Shown here piece after piece: positions 1 through 13,406 of a DNA stretch of 64,000 nucleotides. The notes under the pieces are model-generated. The model did not search any database, was not told where the DNA came from, and saw only the letters and a list, made by a program, of their open reading frames with translations. Source of the stretch: Camelus dromedarius (lineage: Eukaryota); contig NC_087438.1 in NCBI RefSeq assembly GCF_036321535.1, forward strand, positions 9,302,001 through 9,366,000, read 5' to 3'. Both the position numbers and the translations under genes were made by a program. Position 1 is the first letter of the stretch. Every line of letters starts with the position of its first letter.

Positions 1-24
1 CCATAATATGTGCAGGTACCACCT

Positions 25-90
25 CACTATACACCTTATAACATTACATAATGTTATATGTAAATTTTATCTCAATACAGCTGGAAAATT
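25..90 (+). mobile_element. LINE-1 3' terminus fragment (old L1MA/L1MB-like)
   Basis: tacaccttataacattacataatgttatatgtaaattttatctcaatacagctggaaaa resembles the conserved L1M 3' end (..aatgttatatgtcaattatatctcaataaagctg). Confidence 0.55.
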
Positions 91-1806
91 ATTGGCAGTG
101 AAAAAGGAGACTGGGAAGAAAGTAGAAATAGGGCCACCTAAAGACAAGGTGACCATGGAGGGGAGGGCCAAAGTTCTCAAGAGAACTGAGCTTCTCGGGA
201 ACAAGAGGATGGTGGGCTAACAGCATGAAAGCCACCTAAAGTGACATGGAATATAAGAATAAAAAAATATTGACTGTGTTTTAGCAATTAAGAAGTTCAC
301 TGTTGATATTGCAGTTAGAACTGCAACATGGTGCAGAGTTGAATGGTTTGGAAAGCATAGGGAAGAAACATGAGAAAGGAACTCAGGAGAAGTGGTGGCT
401 TGTCTTTTCATGAATTTCAGGTGTATCCTTAAAGATATCAATTAACTTTTTCAAGTTCTGCAAAAAAAAAAATTTTATTGTAAAATGGGTGCAATCCTCG
501 TTGTTCTAATAACCCATATAATTATATTCTAAAAATATATACTTCTTTATTGCTATTATGAGTTGAAATATATCTTCACTAAAACATACTAGAGGCAGGG
601 GGGCAGGGGTTGAGGGAAGATGTTTTCTATATTTGCACCACTTGGAAACACAAACCAGTTGGTGCTTTAAGGAAAAAAAAGGCCAATTTTGTTTTGTTGT
701 TTCCAAATTTCATTGTAAATGGTCTGTACAGAAATAACAGATGCTCCTTTTAACTGGATGTATTCTCTGCAAGACAATAGCTAAGAAAATTGTAACTTGT
801 ACTTTAAAAGGATAATAAAATAGCACATCAGTGTAAATGAAATTTACTAGTGATCAGAAACAAACACTGAAATTTACCATTTAATGATACATTTCTGCAT
901 CAGCATTCTTGCATTTCAAAGGCAAATGAACCTACATCTATGAAAAATATTCTGACATCATTAAAGCATTATAAAATGTTTTTGAATGTCTGTGCCTTTT
1001 ATTGCTTCTTCCTCAAAATAATATGTTTACAGACTGACATTTTTGTGCCCATGTTGCAGTAACTTTGAGACCAGAAAGTATGCACTTCACACAACTTTCT
1101 AAATGAATTTCATAAACACAAATCCTAAGGGCAGAAAGGATCTGAAGCACCCCCTAATCTATAAATCAATTTTGATGTTCCAATAAGTATATGTTTCTCA
1201 TGAAAACACTAGTGGCCTAAAAACTATCTCTCTTAGAGTAATTCTACACAAAGGCCTTTGAAATTGAACATGATGAAAAACTCAGAAATACATTAAAAAA
1301 TAAATTTGATTAAATTTAGCCAACATTTGTTACACAGGTACCAAATGCTGTTCCAGGCCTGCCTTTAGTTCCGAACCAAGAGAAATAATCAGACAAGAAG
1401 CAATTAAATATAAAATAATGCGATGAAAACATAATCAAATTATCTATGATCTGCTATGGAATGTAAATCAATTTACTCATATAAATTCGCTGGGAAATTT
1501 CTCCAAAAATTGTATGATTTTATGGTGTATATAACATAATTTTATCTATATTACCTGCTGCTTTCAAGGATAGCTTTCTTGGCTTAGCAGCTGATAATGA
1601 AAATTTGTGGCATTGATTTGGAGTTTGGGACCCAGAGTAATTTTAAGAGTTTTTGAAGATTATTTTCTCACTTCCAGAAGACTGCTCGTGGACAGCAGCT
1701 GCTGCTGCAGCCAGTGCCCCTCACTCTGTAGAAATGATGACATCTGAACTAGACCCGCGTTTTCGCAAGTGCATCAGGTTATGCAGCATTTCAGTCTCTG
1801 CAACAA

Positions 1807-2646
1807 ACTAGTCCCCTCTCATCTTGTTTCACTTTCTGAAATTTATTTCCTGCGGTCAACTGAGGTCCAATAATATTAAATGAAAAAATTCAGAAATAAA
1901 CAATTCGTAAGTTTTAACTTGTGTGCCATTCTGAGTGGCGGGATGAAAAGTCAAGCCATCCAGCTCCGTCCTGCCCAGGATGTGAAGCATCCCTTCGTTC
2001 AGGGAATCCCGCTGGTTCCTCACCTAGGTTATCAGGTCCACTGTCCTGGTATCACATGTTTGCGTTCTAGTACTCTTATTTAAAGTTCTTAATAATGGCC
2101 CCAAAGCACAAGAGTAGTGATGCTGGCACTTTGGATATACCAAAGAGAAACTGTAAAGTGCTCCCTTTAAGTGAAAAGGTGAATATTGAATGTTCTTGAC
2201 TTAATTAGGAAAGGAAAAAAAAATCCTGTGCTGAAGTTGCTAAGCTTTATGGTAAGAAAAAATCTTCTATCCATGAAACTGTGAAGAAGGAAAAAGAAAT
2301 TTGTGCTAGTTTTGTTCTTGTACCTCAAACTACAAAAGTTACAGCCACAGAGTGTGGTAAGTGCTGAGTTAGAATGGAAAAAGCTTTAAATTTTACAATA
2401 AAGACACTTTGAGAGAGAGAGAAACTGCATTCACATAACTTTTATTACATGTATTAAATACAATTACGATTATCATTATAATTGTTCTATTTTATTATTA
2501 GTCATAGTTAAAACTCTTCCTGTGCCAAGTTTGTAAGTCAAACTATACCATAGGTCCATATGTATAGGAAAAACATAGTGTATGTAGGGTTTGGCATACA
2601 TTGGGGGTCTTGGAATGTGACCCTCTCAGATAAAGAAGGACTAATG
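1807..2646 (+). mobile_element. MER44 / Tigger7-derived non-autonomous DNA transposon (TcMar-Tigger)
   Basis: Decayed TIRs (tagtcccc... / ...ggactaatg followed by TA). Internal match to remembered MER44 consensus. Residual transposase N-terminus MAPKHKSSDAGTLDIPKRNCKVLPLSEKV from the ATG at 2095. Confidence 0.9.
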
Positions 2647-4089
2647 TAATAGCAAGATCCCTGAGTGATTTAACTCTCCACATAATCTTATAGGATTGTT
2701 TATTTGTTTTCCTTATTTTCTCATTACAAAGTTTTTGTTTCCAGACTCTTATGCAATCTTAGTTATGGACATTAGAAACCATATCATAACATAAATCATT
2801 ATGTCAAAAAATCCATCTATAGACACCCTCTAGAGAAACTGGTATGTATTTTACTTTTAAGTCATGGTTAAAGGAAACCATACAATACACTTGCCACCTT
2901 CTACATCTTCAAACACATAAATTCTTGAGTAGGGTGGAGGGAGGGCAATACGAATAATCAGGTACCTTAAATGTAGCTATAAAACACTTAATTATCCTGG
3001 TGGAATTATTGCACAGCCTGAAAAAAGAACTTGTTATTTTTCTAAGTTATTTTTTTGTGTGTCTGGGGATGTAGACTATAAGCCTAGCCGTTAAGGAATA
3101 ATATACTAGGAACTAATGAATTGTTTAACCAAGACTTTTGGTAATTTTCATTATTTAACTGTAAGACAGAAATATGGACTTGGTCCCCAGATTACAAATT
3201 CCTCTTCTTCAATCCAATGTGAAGTTGAGGAGAGAAAGTATTAATAGAGAATTAGTGACAGCAGCTAGGCAAACTGTCATGTTTATGAGCAAGTCTTGAA
3301 AGCAGTTCATGCAAGTTGCTAAGCAGCTTGTCATCACTGGATCTTGTATGCTGTGGGCAAAGAGTCCATAGCAAGGGGACTGACAGGTTGCAAAGAATTA
3401 AAGGAAAAAATTATTAACAGGATATTGGGAAGAAGAAAAAGATTTTAGAGAATGAAAGAGTAAGCACCCTTAGAGTTTGACAAACACGACTCGCTAAAAA
3501 TTACAGTCTTCAAAACAAATTAAGAAAACAGATTCATGGAGTGATCCTGCTAAGTAATAAAATTTAAAAATTTAAAATATATAGGAAATCATGTCTACGT
3601 GTAGAGGAAGGGACCAGAAAGGATTGTATGACTGGTGAAAAGAGGGTGGGGATCGACTTTCCATTTTGAAATTAAAATGAATGAGAAGGTATGATTTGAA
3701 ATAGTCTAAACAAACTGAACCATTATCTGCACACTAAGTAAATAGTCTTGAACTTAATTATTTATGAAGACAGTTGCTATAAATTTATACTTTACCATAG
3801 CTATCTGTAGCATCTCTGTTTCTTTTGAGTTTTTGCTCTGGAAAACTGGATAGTGAAATTGTAGAAAACATAATTTCCTGAAAAATAAAATATTATATCT
3901 CTGGAGAATGCAAAGAGGAACGTCTGTGGAGTCTGAGTGGGGACTGAGTGGTGAGTTTTCTGAAATAGGAGTATTTTGCTTTATTTTTCTTCTCATACCA
4001 GTAATGCTATTATTTCTGGAATTGTCAAGTAGACAATGAGGCTGTCTTCACCTGCTAAGTCCTAACGTGTTTCCAGAAAAAGCTATACA

Positions 4090-4406
4090 CAGCTGGCCCT
4101 CCTCATACACGGGTTCTGCGGCCATGAATTCAACCAATCTCAGATTTTAAAAATTGGAAAAAAATTCCAGAAAGTTAAAAAAAATAAGTCTTGAATTTAC
4201 CACATGCTGGCAACTATTTACATAGCATTACATTGTATTGGGTATTATACATAATCTAGGGGTGATTTAAAATGTATAGGAGGATGTGTGCAAGTCACAC
4301 AGAAATACAACACCATTTTATATGAGAAACTTGAACTTCTGTGGATTTCGGTATTCTCAGCAGTCCTGGAACCAATGAATGCCTCATAGATCCCCAGGGA
4401 AGACTG
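4090..4406 (+). mobile_element. MER2 / Tigger3-family MITE (TcMar-Tigger)
   Basis: Termini cagctggccctc... and ...gggaagactg+TA. Diagnostic core aactatttacatagcattacattgtattgggtattata...aatctag. Confidence 0.85.
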
Positions 4407-5639
4407 TAGATGTCTGCTTTGAGAATAAAGCTGTGGACCAGAACTTCAAAAAAGGCGAGAGTATGTCCCACAAACAGAGCTAAGAAAGGGTTCTAAATTA
4501 AGAAATCTGGCACTGAGGCACAGGAATAAGGATGCCGCCAGAAAAATTGTGGATCTTAGAAACTAGGAAATGTACCTCTCCTCCTCCACTCTTACTTTAT
4601 CTAATTTTATTTTTTTGATATATATAGTGATAAATATGGTGTAATTTTTATGTGTTTTGAGTCTCAAATATTACATGTTGAAGATTTGTTAATTAAAAAC
4701 CACAGTTTCTACAATATTATACTAAGAAAACTTGTAGACGGCTGTGTTGCTCATTCAGATTGTCAGCATTTGTAGAACAAAGTCCAGGAAGAAGAGGCTA
4801 CTTATTCCATGTGACAGTACAATTACATTTGTGTTACCAAGAGTCTATCAAAGAAATGAAAGCCACTTGTTTTACATTACTTATCTTCAATTCAAACGGA
4901 AAGAAAAAATAAATTCACAGTCATTCAGAAAGCAAATACATTCTTCCACTAAAACTTTTGTACCTGTTAACGCTAGGTTCTATGGTTACCATGGGGAGGC
5001 AAAAAAATGTGCCATGTTAAGTGTTATTAAAATTACTGTTGTTGTTTTAGTTGGTGGTGGTGGTGATAGTGTTAGGGTCTTTATAGCATGTTACAGTTTT
5101 TCTTCTCCCTATCATCATCCAATAAATTGTATTTTAGAAACTCAGGAGCAACACTGCATAAAACTCTCTTCAATAGAGCATCTCTGGTAACCACCATGAA
5201 TTTATGCCGTGGAACAAGTGGATGAGTATAAATCTCATTCCACTTTGTCTCCCAGGCATTAATTGTCTCATCAAGTAAATCAAGATTTACCAGTTCCTCT
5301 TGACTGTTCATGTAGTTTACTGATACATTAGATTAACATTTACTTATTGCTTCACTCAGTAAGTATTTATTAACTACTACTAGAGTTACTTGGGACACAG
5401 TGATAGGCCAGAGTCCCTGTCTTCAAGAGTGTGTAGGTCATGACCCTTCCTCTGTTAAAAGAGCATCTCTCAGGTAGCCATGCTGTGCACCACACGACTG
5501 TGTCATCAGAAATGTATCATAAGCTAGTGACAGCAGCTAACCCAAAAGTTCTCAGTTCATGGTCTGGCCAATAATCTACATCTGATTGGCTGTGGAGGGG
5601 TGAGCTGGACTTTTAGGAGACTGGCGTCTTGGGGTTACG

Positions 5640-6325
5640 TCCTTCCTTCCTGTGGATCTCTTCAGTGGTTCACGTGTTCCTTCTGCCCGTTATTTCCTTC
5701 CCTGCTATCAGCACTCCCAACCTAGCTCTTTGAAACTCTCAGGCCTCTTGAATTTTGTTTTGTTTTATTTCTTGTTGGTGATGCTGTTTTTTTTTTTCCC
5801 CCTCTTAGGTGAGACAGGAAGGCTAGATGGAGCTGGAGTTAGAGGAACGCCCTTTCTACCACAAGTAGAATAAAGCTCTGTCAAGTATTTCCCCTTGCAG
5901 TGTAGACCTTCATTATGGAGAATGCTCTGAAGCTATTTCACAGTGATTTCTCTCTACTCCTGCCCCTGTCCGATACATAAGAGAATCCTTCTCATTCAGA
6001 GTGAGAAACTTATGATGTTCCTGTAGGTCAAATTTATAGTGATACAGGAACCCCCTGAGGAATGCAGTTTTTGTCCCCAGAAATGCCTCACATTCATATA
6101 TTTCTACCCTCTGTCTCATGCAGTTGGTCAAAATTACCATCTCAGAGTTCCTTTGAGTCATGGGTTCTGTCTCTCCAGATTAACAAGTAGTAGTTCCCCC
6201 TGAACTGAATCTTCTGATGGGTCCAAGATAAGCCGTTGATCTTTCAATTTTCCCCGCCTTTGCTTATTGTAATGATGAAAGTGAGGATTTGCAGGATCTT
6301 TACAGTTGGAGCTGTAATTGGAATT
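5640..6325 (-). mobile_element. Old LINE-1 5' region (L1MD/L1MC-like)
   Basis: Right end ttgtaatgatgaaagtgaggatttgcaggatctttacagttggagctgtaattggaa resembles the reverse complement of the L1MD-type 5' end. Confidence 0.6.
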
Positions 6326-6595
6326 TTAAACATTAATATTATTAACTCAGCTCTGTCTGTGAGGCATCATTCCACACTAGACTTTACAGAACAGTGGGCA
6401 TGGCATGAGGAACGAATATGATTTAACCACAGCCATAATGTGCAAAACCAGGATATAAAGCCTGCCTCAAGTGGTTTAATGCAGGAACAGGATTAACGTT
6501 TCTGGATCTGGTCCTGATAGAGTCCAAATGAAAAGCAAAAATGAAGAATGGAGCCAGTCAAGAAAACCAAAGAGTTGACAATTAAAATGTGTGAG

Positions 6596-6835
6596 GAGTT
6601 CTAGATTTGCAGATACTAACTAATACACATAAAATAGATAAATGATAAGTTTATACTGTATAGCACAGGGAACTACATTCAGTATCTTGTAGTAACCTAT
6701 GGTAAAAAATAATATGAAAATGAATATATGTATGTTCCTATATGACTGAAGTATTGTGCTGTACACCAGAAATTGACACATTGTAAACTGACTATACTTC
6801 AATAAAAATATATTTTAAAAAATTAAGCCAAAAAA
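6596..6835 (+). mobile_element. Young 5'-truncated LINE-1 3' end (cetartiodactyl/camelid type)
   Basis: ctgtatagcacagggaactacattcagtatcttgtagtaacctat...gactatacttcaataaaa plus A-rich tail. Approximate TSD aaa(t)gtgtgag on both sides. Confidence 0.85.
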
Positions 6836-7859
6836 AAGTGTGAGACAAGTTGTAAAATTTGAGAAATCATTTAAAGTCCAGAGGTTCATAGGCATTTTTT
6901 CCTGAGTGTTTTTGTAGGTGTAGACAGTGCTTGCAAAATGTCATAACAGAGAAGAGACCAGCTCATTAGGGACAGTGTCACACACAGAAGTTTGCAAAGT
7001 TCATTCTTATTTTTGAGAATATTTGCAAGGAGTGGAGTGAATTCAGCACAAACCAGGAGTACACTTGATTGACTTACCATCTCATTGCTGTAGTCTGAAT
7101 TCTCATCTGGTCAAAGGTGACTAGTCTTAGATACAAAGGGAAATAAAGTTTTCACCCTCTAGTTATGGGGATGTCATAGTTCTCAAAAGTTACCGTATGT
7201 AAATCAAGTGCCATTTCATAAAGCAAACTTTAACGTGCTGTCAGGTTTAATTTTTGTTTTTGGTGGGGGGACTCTTGTCTGGGGCTTTCTAGAAAACTTA
7301 GACAGCTTTCTAGAAATTAGTGTCACATGGAAGCATTTCATTGACAGTTTGATGATTGACTTTTCTTCCACTAAGGGCAGGAATTTAAGGTGAAAGCAGT
7401 GACACTAACATTGAAACAACTTGATCATTCTGAAAGGCAAGTTATTTCAAGTCTGAGTCTCTTTGGAAACATTTGAAAAAAATCATTTTGATTCTGGTGC
7501 ATGGTTTTATGCCGGGTTTTGCCAAAGATAACTAGCTTTGTTGATATAGAAATTGCATTGCACCATTGGGGTTTTATAAGAAAACATGATTAAAATACCC
7601 TAATTTATTATTCTATCACGAGGTCCTCACTGTGTTCTGTGGTTTGTTTGGTGCGTATTAACACTGAGTATGCTCACAATATGACATCAATATCAAATAG
7701 ACTCAATTTATCATGGCAACTAGGAATAGTAACATCAGATTTAAGTGGAAAAGGTGAACTACTGTATTTTACTAATATCATGCCTCCTGTAGTTGGAATG
7801 TTTTTTTATCTTTTCCTTATTTACTTTTATACCTCTATTTATATTAAAATCACATCTCA

Positions 7860-9110
7860 TTTAGGTACTATGTAGCTAGGTTTCCCTTTTTGAATCCACG
7901 ATGTCAATATGTGCCTTTTAAACAGAGTCCTTATAATTAACCTTCAATAAACTATGGAAAATATTGTCAGTCTGTCAAGTTTTATTATTTACTATGTTCT
8001 CTCTAATTTTTATTTCACTTTTTTCCTTTCCTTGCCTTTTGGTCATTATTTTGGTATTTTAGTATGGACTATTTTAAATCATCTACTGGCTTCTTGGCCA
8101 AAATTCTTTCTATTAGTTTTCAGTAGTTGCTTCTGAGATTATAATATACATATCTAAATTTTCACAGCCTACTGAGAGTGAATATTTTAACACTTCATAC
8201 AAAACACCGTACAGAAGGATTATAAAACTGTAAGCCTTTATATCGCCTTATTTTCTTTATTTTATATTTAGTTTCTTAGGGCTGCCATTACAAAGTATAT
8301 TTTGATGGGTAGATTAAAACAACAGATTCATCCATATTTATTTTTTAAAAATTAAGCAAGAAATCAGACATTAATATTAACTGAGACACTTATTATTTCT
8401 AATGTTCTTTCTTTGCTCTCTAATATCAAATTTTCTCTGTAGTATACTTTCCTTTTTGGCCTGGTTAATATTATTTTGCATTTTTTTGCATTTTGCATTT
8501 TTTTGTAAAAAAAATGTTCTAGCATCCACTTTTCTCATTTTTTTCTTCATATGATATTGTCTTTATTTTTCCTTTGTCCTTGAAAAAGTGTTTTTACTGA
8601 ATATAGATTTTAGGGTAGAAATTTGTTTTACCTTTCTCCAACACTGTGCCTGTTTGCTGTATCGATTTTCCCCGCTGTCCTCCACACACCACAATTTCTG
8701 GCTTGAGATCAACTATCATTTTAATTCTTGTTTCCTCTACTTGATATGTCAATTTTCTCTCTTATATTTGAATTTTTTTCTTTCCTTTGGTTTTCCAGCC
8801 GGTTGATTTTACGTGAATAAGCTTGGTTATCTTTTAACTTATCCTATTCATGATTTGTTGAATTTTCAATCTATAATTTTTGAAAAATTTGAGAACTTTT
8901 TATATATTATGTCTTTAAATATTCTTTCTACTCAAATCTCTGTCACTTCTTCTATTTCTATTAGATTTTTTGATAGTTTCCCAAAGGTCCCCAAAAGTGT
9001 TGTTTTTGTTTGTTTTTAATGCATTTTCTTCTGATGGATTGTTCTGACTTAAAAAGTAGCTGATTCATTTGCCTTTGGATCCACTGAGTAAATTTTTTTT
9101 CAGATATTAT
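7860..9110 (-). mobile_element. Old LINE-1 (L1M) fragment, ORF1 to start of ORF2, antisense
   Basis: T-rich decayed sequence. The left end resembles the reverse complement of the ORF2 endonuclease start; the right part is ORF1-like. Confidence 0.7.
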
Positions 9111-9436
9111 AATTCATAATTAGCCTACAAATTCAATAATTTGGATGAATTGGAGAAATTTCTTGAAAAATACAATTTACCAAACTAATATAAGAATAAA
9201 ATAGAGAATCTAAGTAGTTCTATATCTAATAAGAATTCAAAAAACTTTAAACAAGAACACTTCAACCAGGAGTTAAGCCAAGATGGTTTCACTGGAGAAG
9301 TAAATCAAACATTTAAGGAAGAAAACATGCCAATATTACTCATTTAGTTACTTATTTAATTTTTTAATTTATAGAATAAACCATTGTCCAAATTGTTTTA
9401 TGAAGCCAGTATATGAATAATAGCAAAAAGATGTCA

Positions 9437-9585
9437 CAAAAAAGAGATAGAGAGAAAGAAAGAAAAAAAAGAGGGAGAGAGCAAAGGAGGAATGAAAGAA
9501 AATGAAAAAATGGGAAGAAGAGGTGGAGAAATGGAGGCTTGGTGGAAGGAAGGAAAGAAGAAAGAAGAGGAAAGGAAAAAAAATA
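9437..9585 (+). repeat. Purine-rich (GA/GAAA/GGAA) low-complexity tract
   Basis: Directly visible near-pure A/G run. Confidence 0.85.
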
Positions 9586-9699
9586 GCATGTGACTATTAT
9601 CTCTCATTTGAAAAACTGACAAACTGAATTCAACAATATATAGAGAGGCAAATATATCATGACCAAACACAATTTCATCTCAGAAATGCAAGGGTATTT

Positions 9700-9783
9700 T
9701 TAAAAAGTAGCTTTACTGATACATAATTCACATACCATACAATTCACTCACTTCAAGCATATAATTAAATGTGTTTTTAGTAT
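9700..9783 (-). mobile_element. Short L1MB-like 3' end
   Basis: agctttactgatacataattcacataccatacaattcactcacttcaag matches the reverse complement of the L1MB-type 3' terminus. Confidence 0.55.
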
Positions 9784-10234
9784 GAGCCTCTAAGAGGGCT
9801 CTTGCCAGCTGTCTTATTCACCTCCTCCATAACTTTTGTTACTGAATTTTCATATATTCCCTTCAGTAGGTGTTCCTTCATTGCTCTTTGCCTTTAGGGT
9901 TCCAGAACCATGATTCACTGGTCAGTGGAGTTTCTGTCACTGCCAGAAATTGATCCTTAGGAATGAATGTTCATAATGTTAAAAAATCAATAAATGTATT
10001 TATTATAGCAACAGAATCATGAAAAAATATAATTCAGTATTCATGATTTTTTAAAATGCTAAGCAATCTAGAATAATTAGAAATATACTCAAGCTGATAA
10101 AATATTTGTGAAAATTCAACAGCTCACGTAATACATAATGCTAAAACACTAATTTCCCCTTAATATCTTTTAAAAAAGCAAATATGTCAGATTTCACCAT
10201 TTCTATACAGCATTTTACTGATGGTGAACAACAG

Positions 10235-10392
10235 ACTGTCCCGGCCATGCATATATACACATATATTCGTTTTCATATTCTTTTTCATTAAAAGTTATTA
10301 CAAGATATTGAATATAGTTCCCTGTGCTATATAAAAGGAAAAAAGTTTATCTATTTTTATACAGAGTGGTTAACATTTGCAGATCTTAAACT
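10235..10392 (-). mobile_element. Camelid-type LINE-1 3' UTR fragment
   Basis: gttattacaagatattgaatatagttccctgtgctata; closely similar to the copy at 10540-10897. Confidence 0.75.
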
Positions 10393-10539
10393 AGCACCTT
10401 AACATTTGAGATCTGGCATATGATTATAAAGCACCAATAATCATTATTTTTAGTCTTATTAAATTAGTGCAAGGTCAATGTTATCAACTTTCTTTCTAAA
10501 ATATTTATATTCTGCTGCTTTGACCAGTTCATCATTGAC

Positions 10540-10897
10540 CTGTTTCTTTTAGTTGGAGTACCGCCAGTTACAAAGTGCCTATTTCTGGTGTGCAGTACAA
10601 TATCCCAGTCATGAATATACATACATATACTCGTTTTCATATTTTTTCATTAAAAGTTATTACAAGATATTGGACATAGTTCCCTGTGCTATACAGCAGA
10701 CACTTTTTTAAAAATCTATTTTTATATATAGTGGCTAACATCTGTAAATCTCAAACTTCTGAATTTATCCCTTCCCACCTACTTTCCCCAGTAACCATAA
10801 GATTGTTTACTATATCTGCGAATATGTTTCTGTTTTGTAGGTGAGTTCATAGTGCCCTTTTTTTCCTTTTTTTCTTTTTTTTAGACTCCACATAAAC
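10540..10897 (-). mobile_element. Young camelid-type LINE-1 3' end
   Basis: L1 3' UTR motifs. Flanked by direct repeat cattgac (10533-10539 and 10898-10904), a likely TSD. Confidence 0.85.
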
Positions 10898-11489
10898 CAT
10901 TGACTTTAATGTAAAATTTTCATTCATTCACTTCATTTATAGCTCTTTTGTAGGAATGATTGCAGGATATTATCTTACTCAGCTCAATTTGTGTGCACAG
11001 ATTTTCTGAGTTGATTGAATTAGCTTTTTGTAAAGTGTTATTTAAAGCTCAGTATTATTCTTTTCTTTTGTTTCTTTCATTGATCTCTCTCTAAATCCTT
11101 TATTTCTATAGGCAACATGAATTCAGTGGTATCTATGTCTTTATGTGAAGGAAAGAAAATAGTGAAATAATTAAATTTGGGTTACATTTTTCAATATTCT
11201 ACATTAAAATGTAATAATCCTCATTCTAATGAAGCATTTATTGAGTGCTCATTGTGGCACATTAGGCATGACACAGAATTTAGTGAACTCAAAGCTATTG
11301 GCCTGCTGAAGAGGTACATTCTGGAGGAACAGCACGTAAGTCTGAGGTCTAGACTGTCACTCAATGAGTGGAGTTTGGGCAAAGATCACAATTTCCTACT
11401 GAAATTTTTTTCACAGTCTAGAACATGCACTTGAGAATGTAGGAGTACATTAACATAGATTCTCCCCACTTGATCAAGAGCTAAATCAA

Positions 11490-11900
11490 ACCTCCAAAAA
11501 GGCAAGATGGTAGCAAAGCCTCGGTAATTAGATGAGATTATTCCAAATGTAATAGAGAGTTTAATTAAGACCATTGTCAAATGAACTAGTGTAAACCTAG
11601 AAGGACCTACCCAAGTGATTGATGGTTACTTCTATCAAGAGGTAAGGAGTTGAAATGGGTAATTATCTTGAAATTCTAATGATAGTTAGACTGTAGATGT
11701 TTGCAGAGTAACCCCATATAGTTCTCTACATGAAATAGCAAGTTTCTACCTTCATGCTGTGATCTTCTAGAAAAGGATTTCACCTAAATGAGTAAGTCTA
11801 CAGGTCAAGCAGAGCTACAAAACAGAATGTTTGTTATTGACCTGTGAACAAGATGGAAACCAGATGTTGAGTTTTTGGACTTAATTCTGGAATAACTGAT
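11490..11900 (+). mobile_element. Possible ancient CR1/L3 LINE fragment
   Basis: Weak resemblance (aatgaactagtgtaaacctagaagga) to the L3 RT region; very decayed. Confidence 0.3.
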
Positions 11901-13171
11901 TTCTCTATAAACACTTTGTTTTGTTTTGTTTTGTTTTTTAAATAGGAAATTACAAATTATTTTAATTTTTAAATTAACTTCACCAAATATCAGTATTAAT
12001 TGAAAACTCTGTCAAACATTTTTAATTGACTGGGGGGCTTTTTTCCGTCTATTTGTTTCTATGTGAAGATATACAACTGAAAACCTATGTTGCCTCAATA
12101 ATGGTCCCAAAACTAGGATCATTGTATGTACAGCAGTTAAGAAGCCCCAAGTAGGGCAAAAAGGGGCCAGTTCCTTTAAGGAAATCAATTGTGTTTAGTC
12201 TGTTGTCTTGGAATCAGGCAGATCAGTTAAGAAGACTGGAAAAGTAAAAAAGTTTTTTCTCTCTAATGAGCATAAGTATAACTCCCCTATCTTCAGAATT
12301 TCTAAATTTGATTTTGATGTCTACTTCTTGTCTCTTCAGCATTAGCAATAGGTCATATTCCCTTTTGTGTATTAATGGATTATTACCTCCTCCTCAAATC
12401 TACTCTCTCTTTTGGTATAATGGCCCCCTACTCCTGGGGAATGATCTGATAACAGCCATGTAGGATGTAGCTCTTTGATTGTGGCATTGCATCTTTGAAT
12501 ATTTATATTTAATTATTCTGTGTAATTATAAACTCAAAGGTTTATTCTCTGAAGGTAAATTGGGTCATGTGAATTATCTGAGCAGATGACTTTATAAGAT
12601 GTGAAATAATTATTGACTGTGGACAGTGATTGAATAAGTCATAGTGAGGGCTGTCTGTTGAAAATGTTACTTCAAAGAATTTTGAGTCCTAACAATTTTT
12701 TAAATCACTCATTTTGTCTCAGAAATGAGTTCAAATTAATTAAAAGTAGCATCAACTAACTTAAAAAATTATACCAGGTGTTCCAAGATTTATTGTGCTG
12801 ATTTATTGTGTTGATCTAAATTGTGTTGATTTAGATATGAAATGTTTGCTTTTATTGACAACAGATTATTGACGATTTATAAATAGTGATTTATAAACAG
12901 ATTTTAATCAGGTTGATTGAAACAATTCAGTAAGTCTACAGATGTTCACATATTACTGCTGTGTAGCAGTAGAAGCACAGAGGTTATTTTTTTTTCTGGA
13001 GTTGGAGACGAGTGATACCACACATACAACACATCTGATCTCATCCCCAGAAATCACAAGTTCCTGGTGCTTACTGCAGGTTTGTGACATGCCAACATCA
13101 TTTCAAATGTGATACAATGAAAATCAAGTCCAAAGTAAAGGTGGGCTTCTCATCGTCTTATCTTACAATGC

Positions 13172-13406
13172 ATTTTTTCAACATTTTTTATTGATTTATA
13201 ATCATTTTACAATGTTGTGTCAAATTCCAGTGTAGAGCACAATTTTTCAGTTTTACATGAACATATATATATTCATTGTCACATTTTTTTCCTCTGTGAG
13301 CTACCACAAGATCTTGTATATATTTCCCTGTGCTATACAGTATAATCTTGTTTATCTAGTCTACAATTTTGAAATCCCGTCTATCTGTTCCCACCCCCCA
13401 CCATTG
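13172..13406 (-). mobile_element. Young camelid-type LINE-1 3' end
   Basis: aacattttttattgatttataatcattttacaatgttgtgtcaaattccagtgt... as recalled from camelid L1. TSD ca(a/t)tgcatttt at 13166-13176 and 13407-13417. Confidence 0.9.

Larger units (their letters stand above)
9111..10225 (+). mobile_element. Old LINE-1 (L1M) ORF2 fragment, interrupted
   Basis: Decayed ORF2 motifs (aataatttggatgaattggagaaatttcttgaa = NNLDELEKFLE; gatggtttcactggagaa = DGFTGE). Interrupted by a purine-rich tract and a short antisense L1 end. Confidence 0.75.

Noticed and set aside
1775..3825. ETEML encoded in both small minus-strand exon candidates with third-position differences
   Set aside because: Only five residues, and in different frames of the spliced model; likely chance.
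4744..5190. Longest ORF (148 aa)
   Set aside because: Non-ATG start, no recognisable domain, composition typical of AT-rich non-coding DNA.
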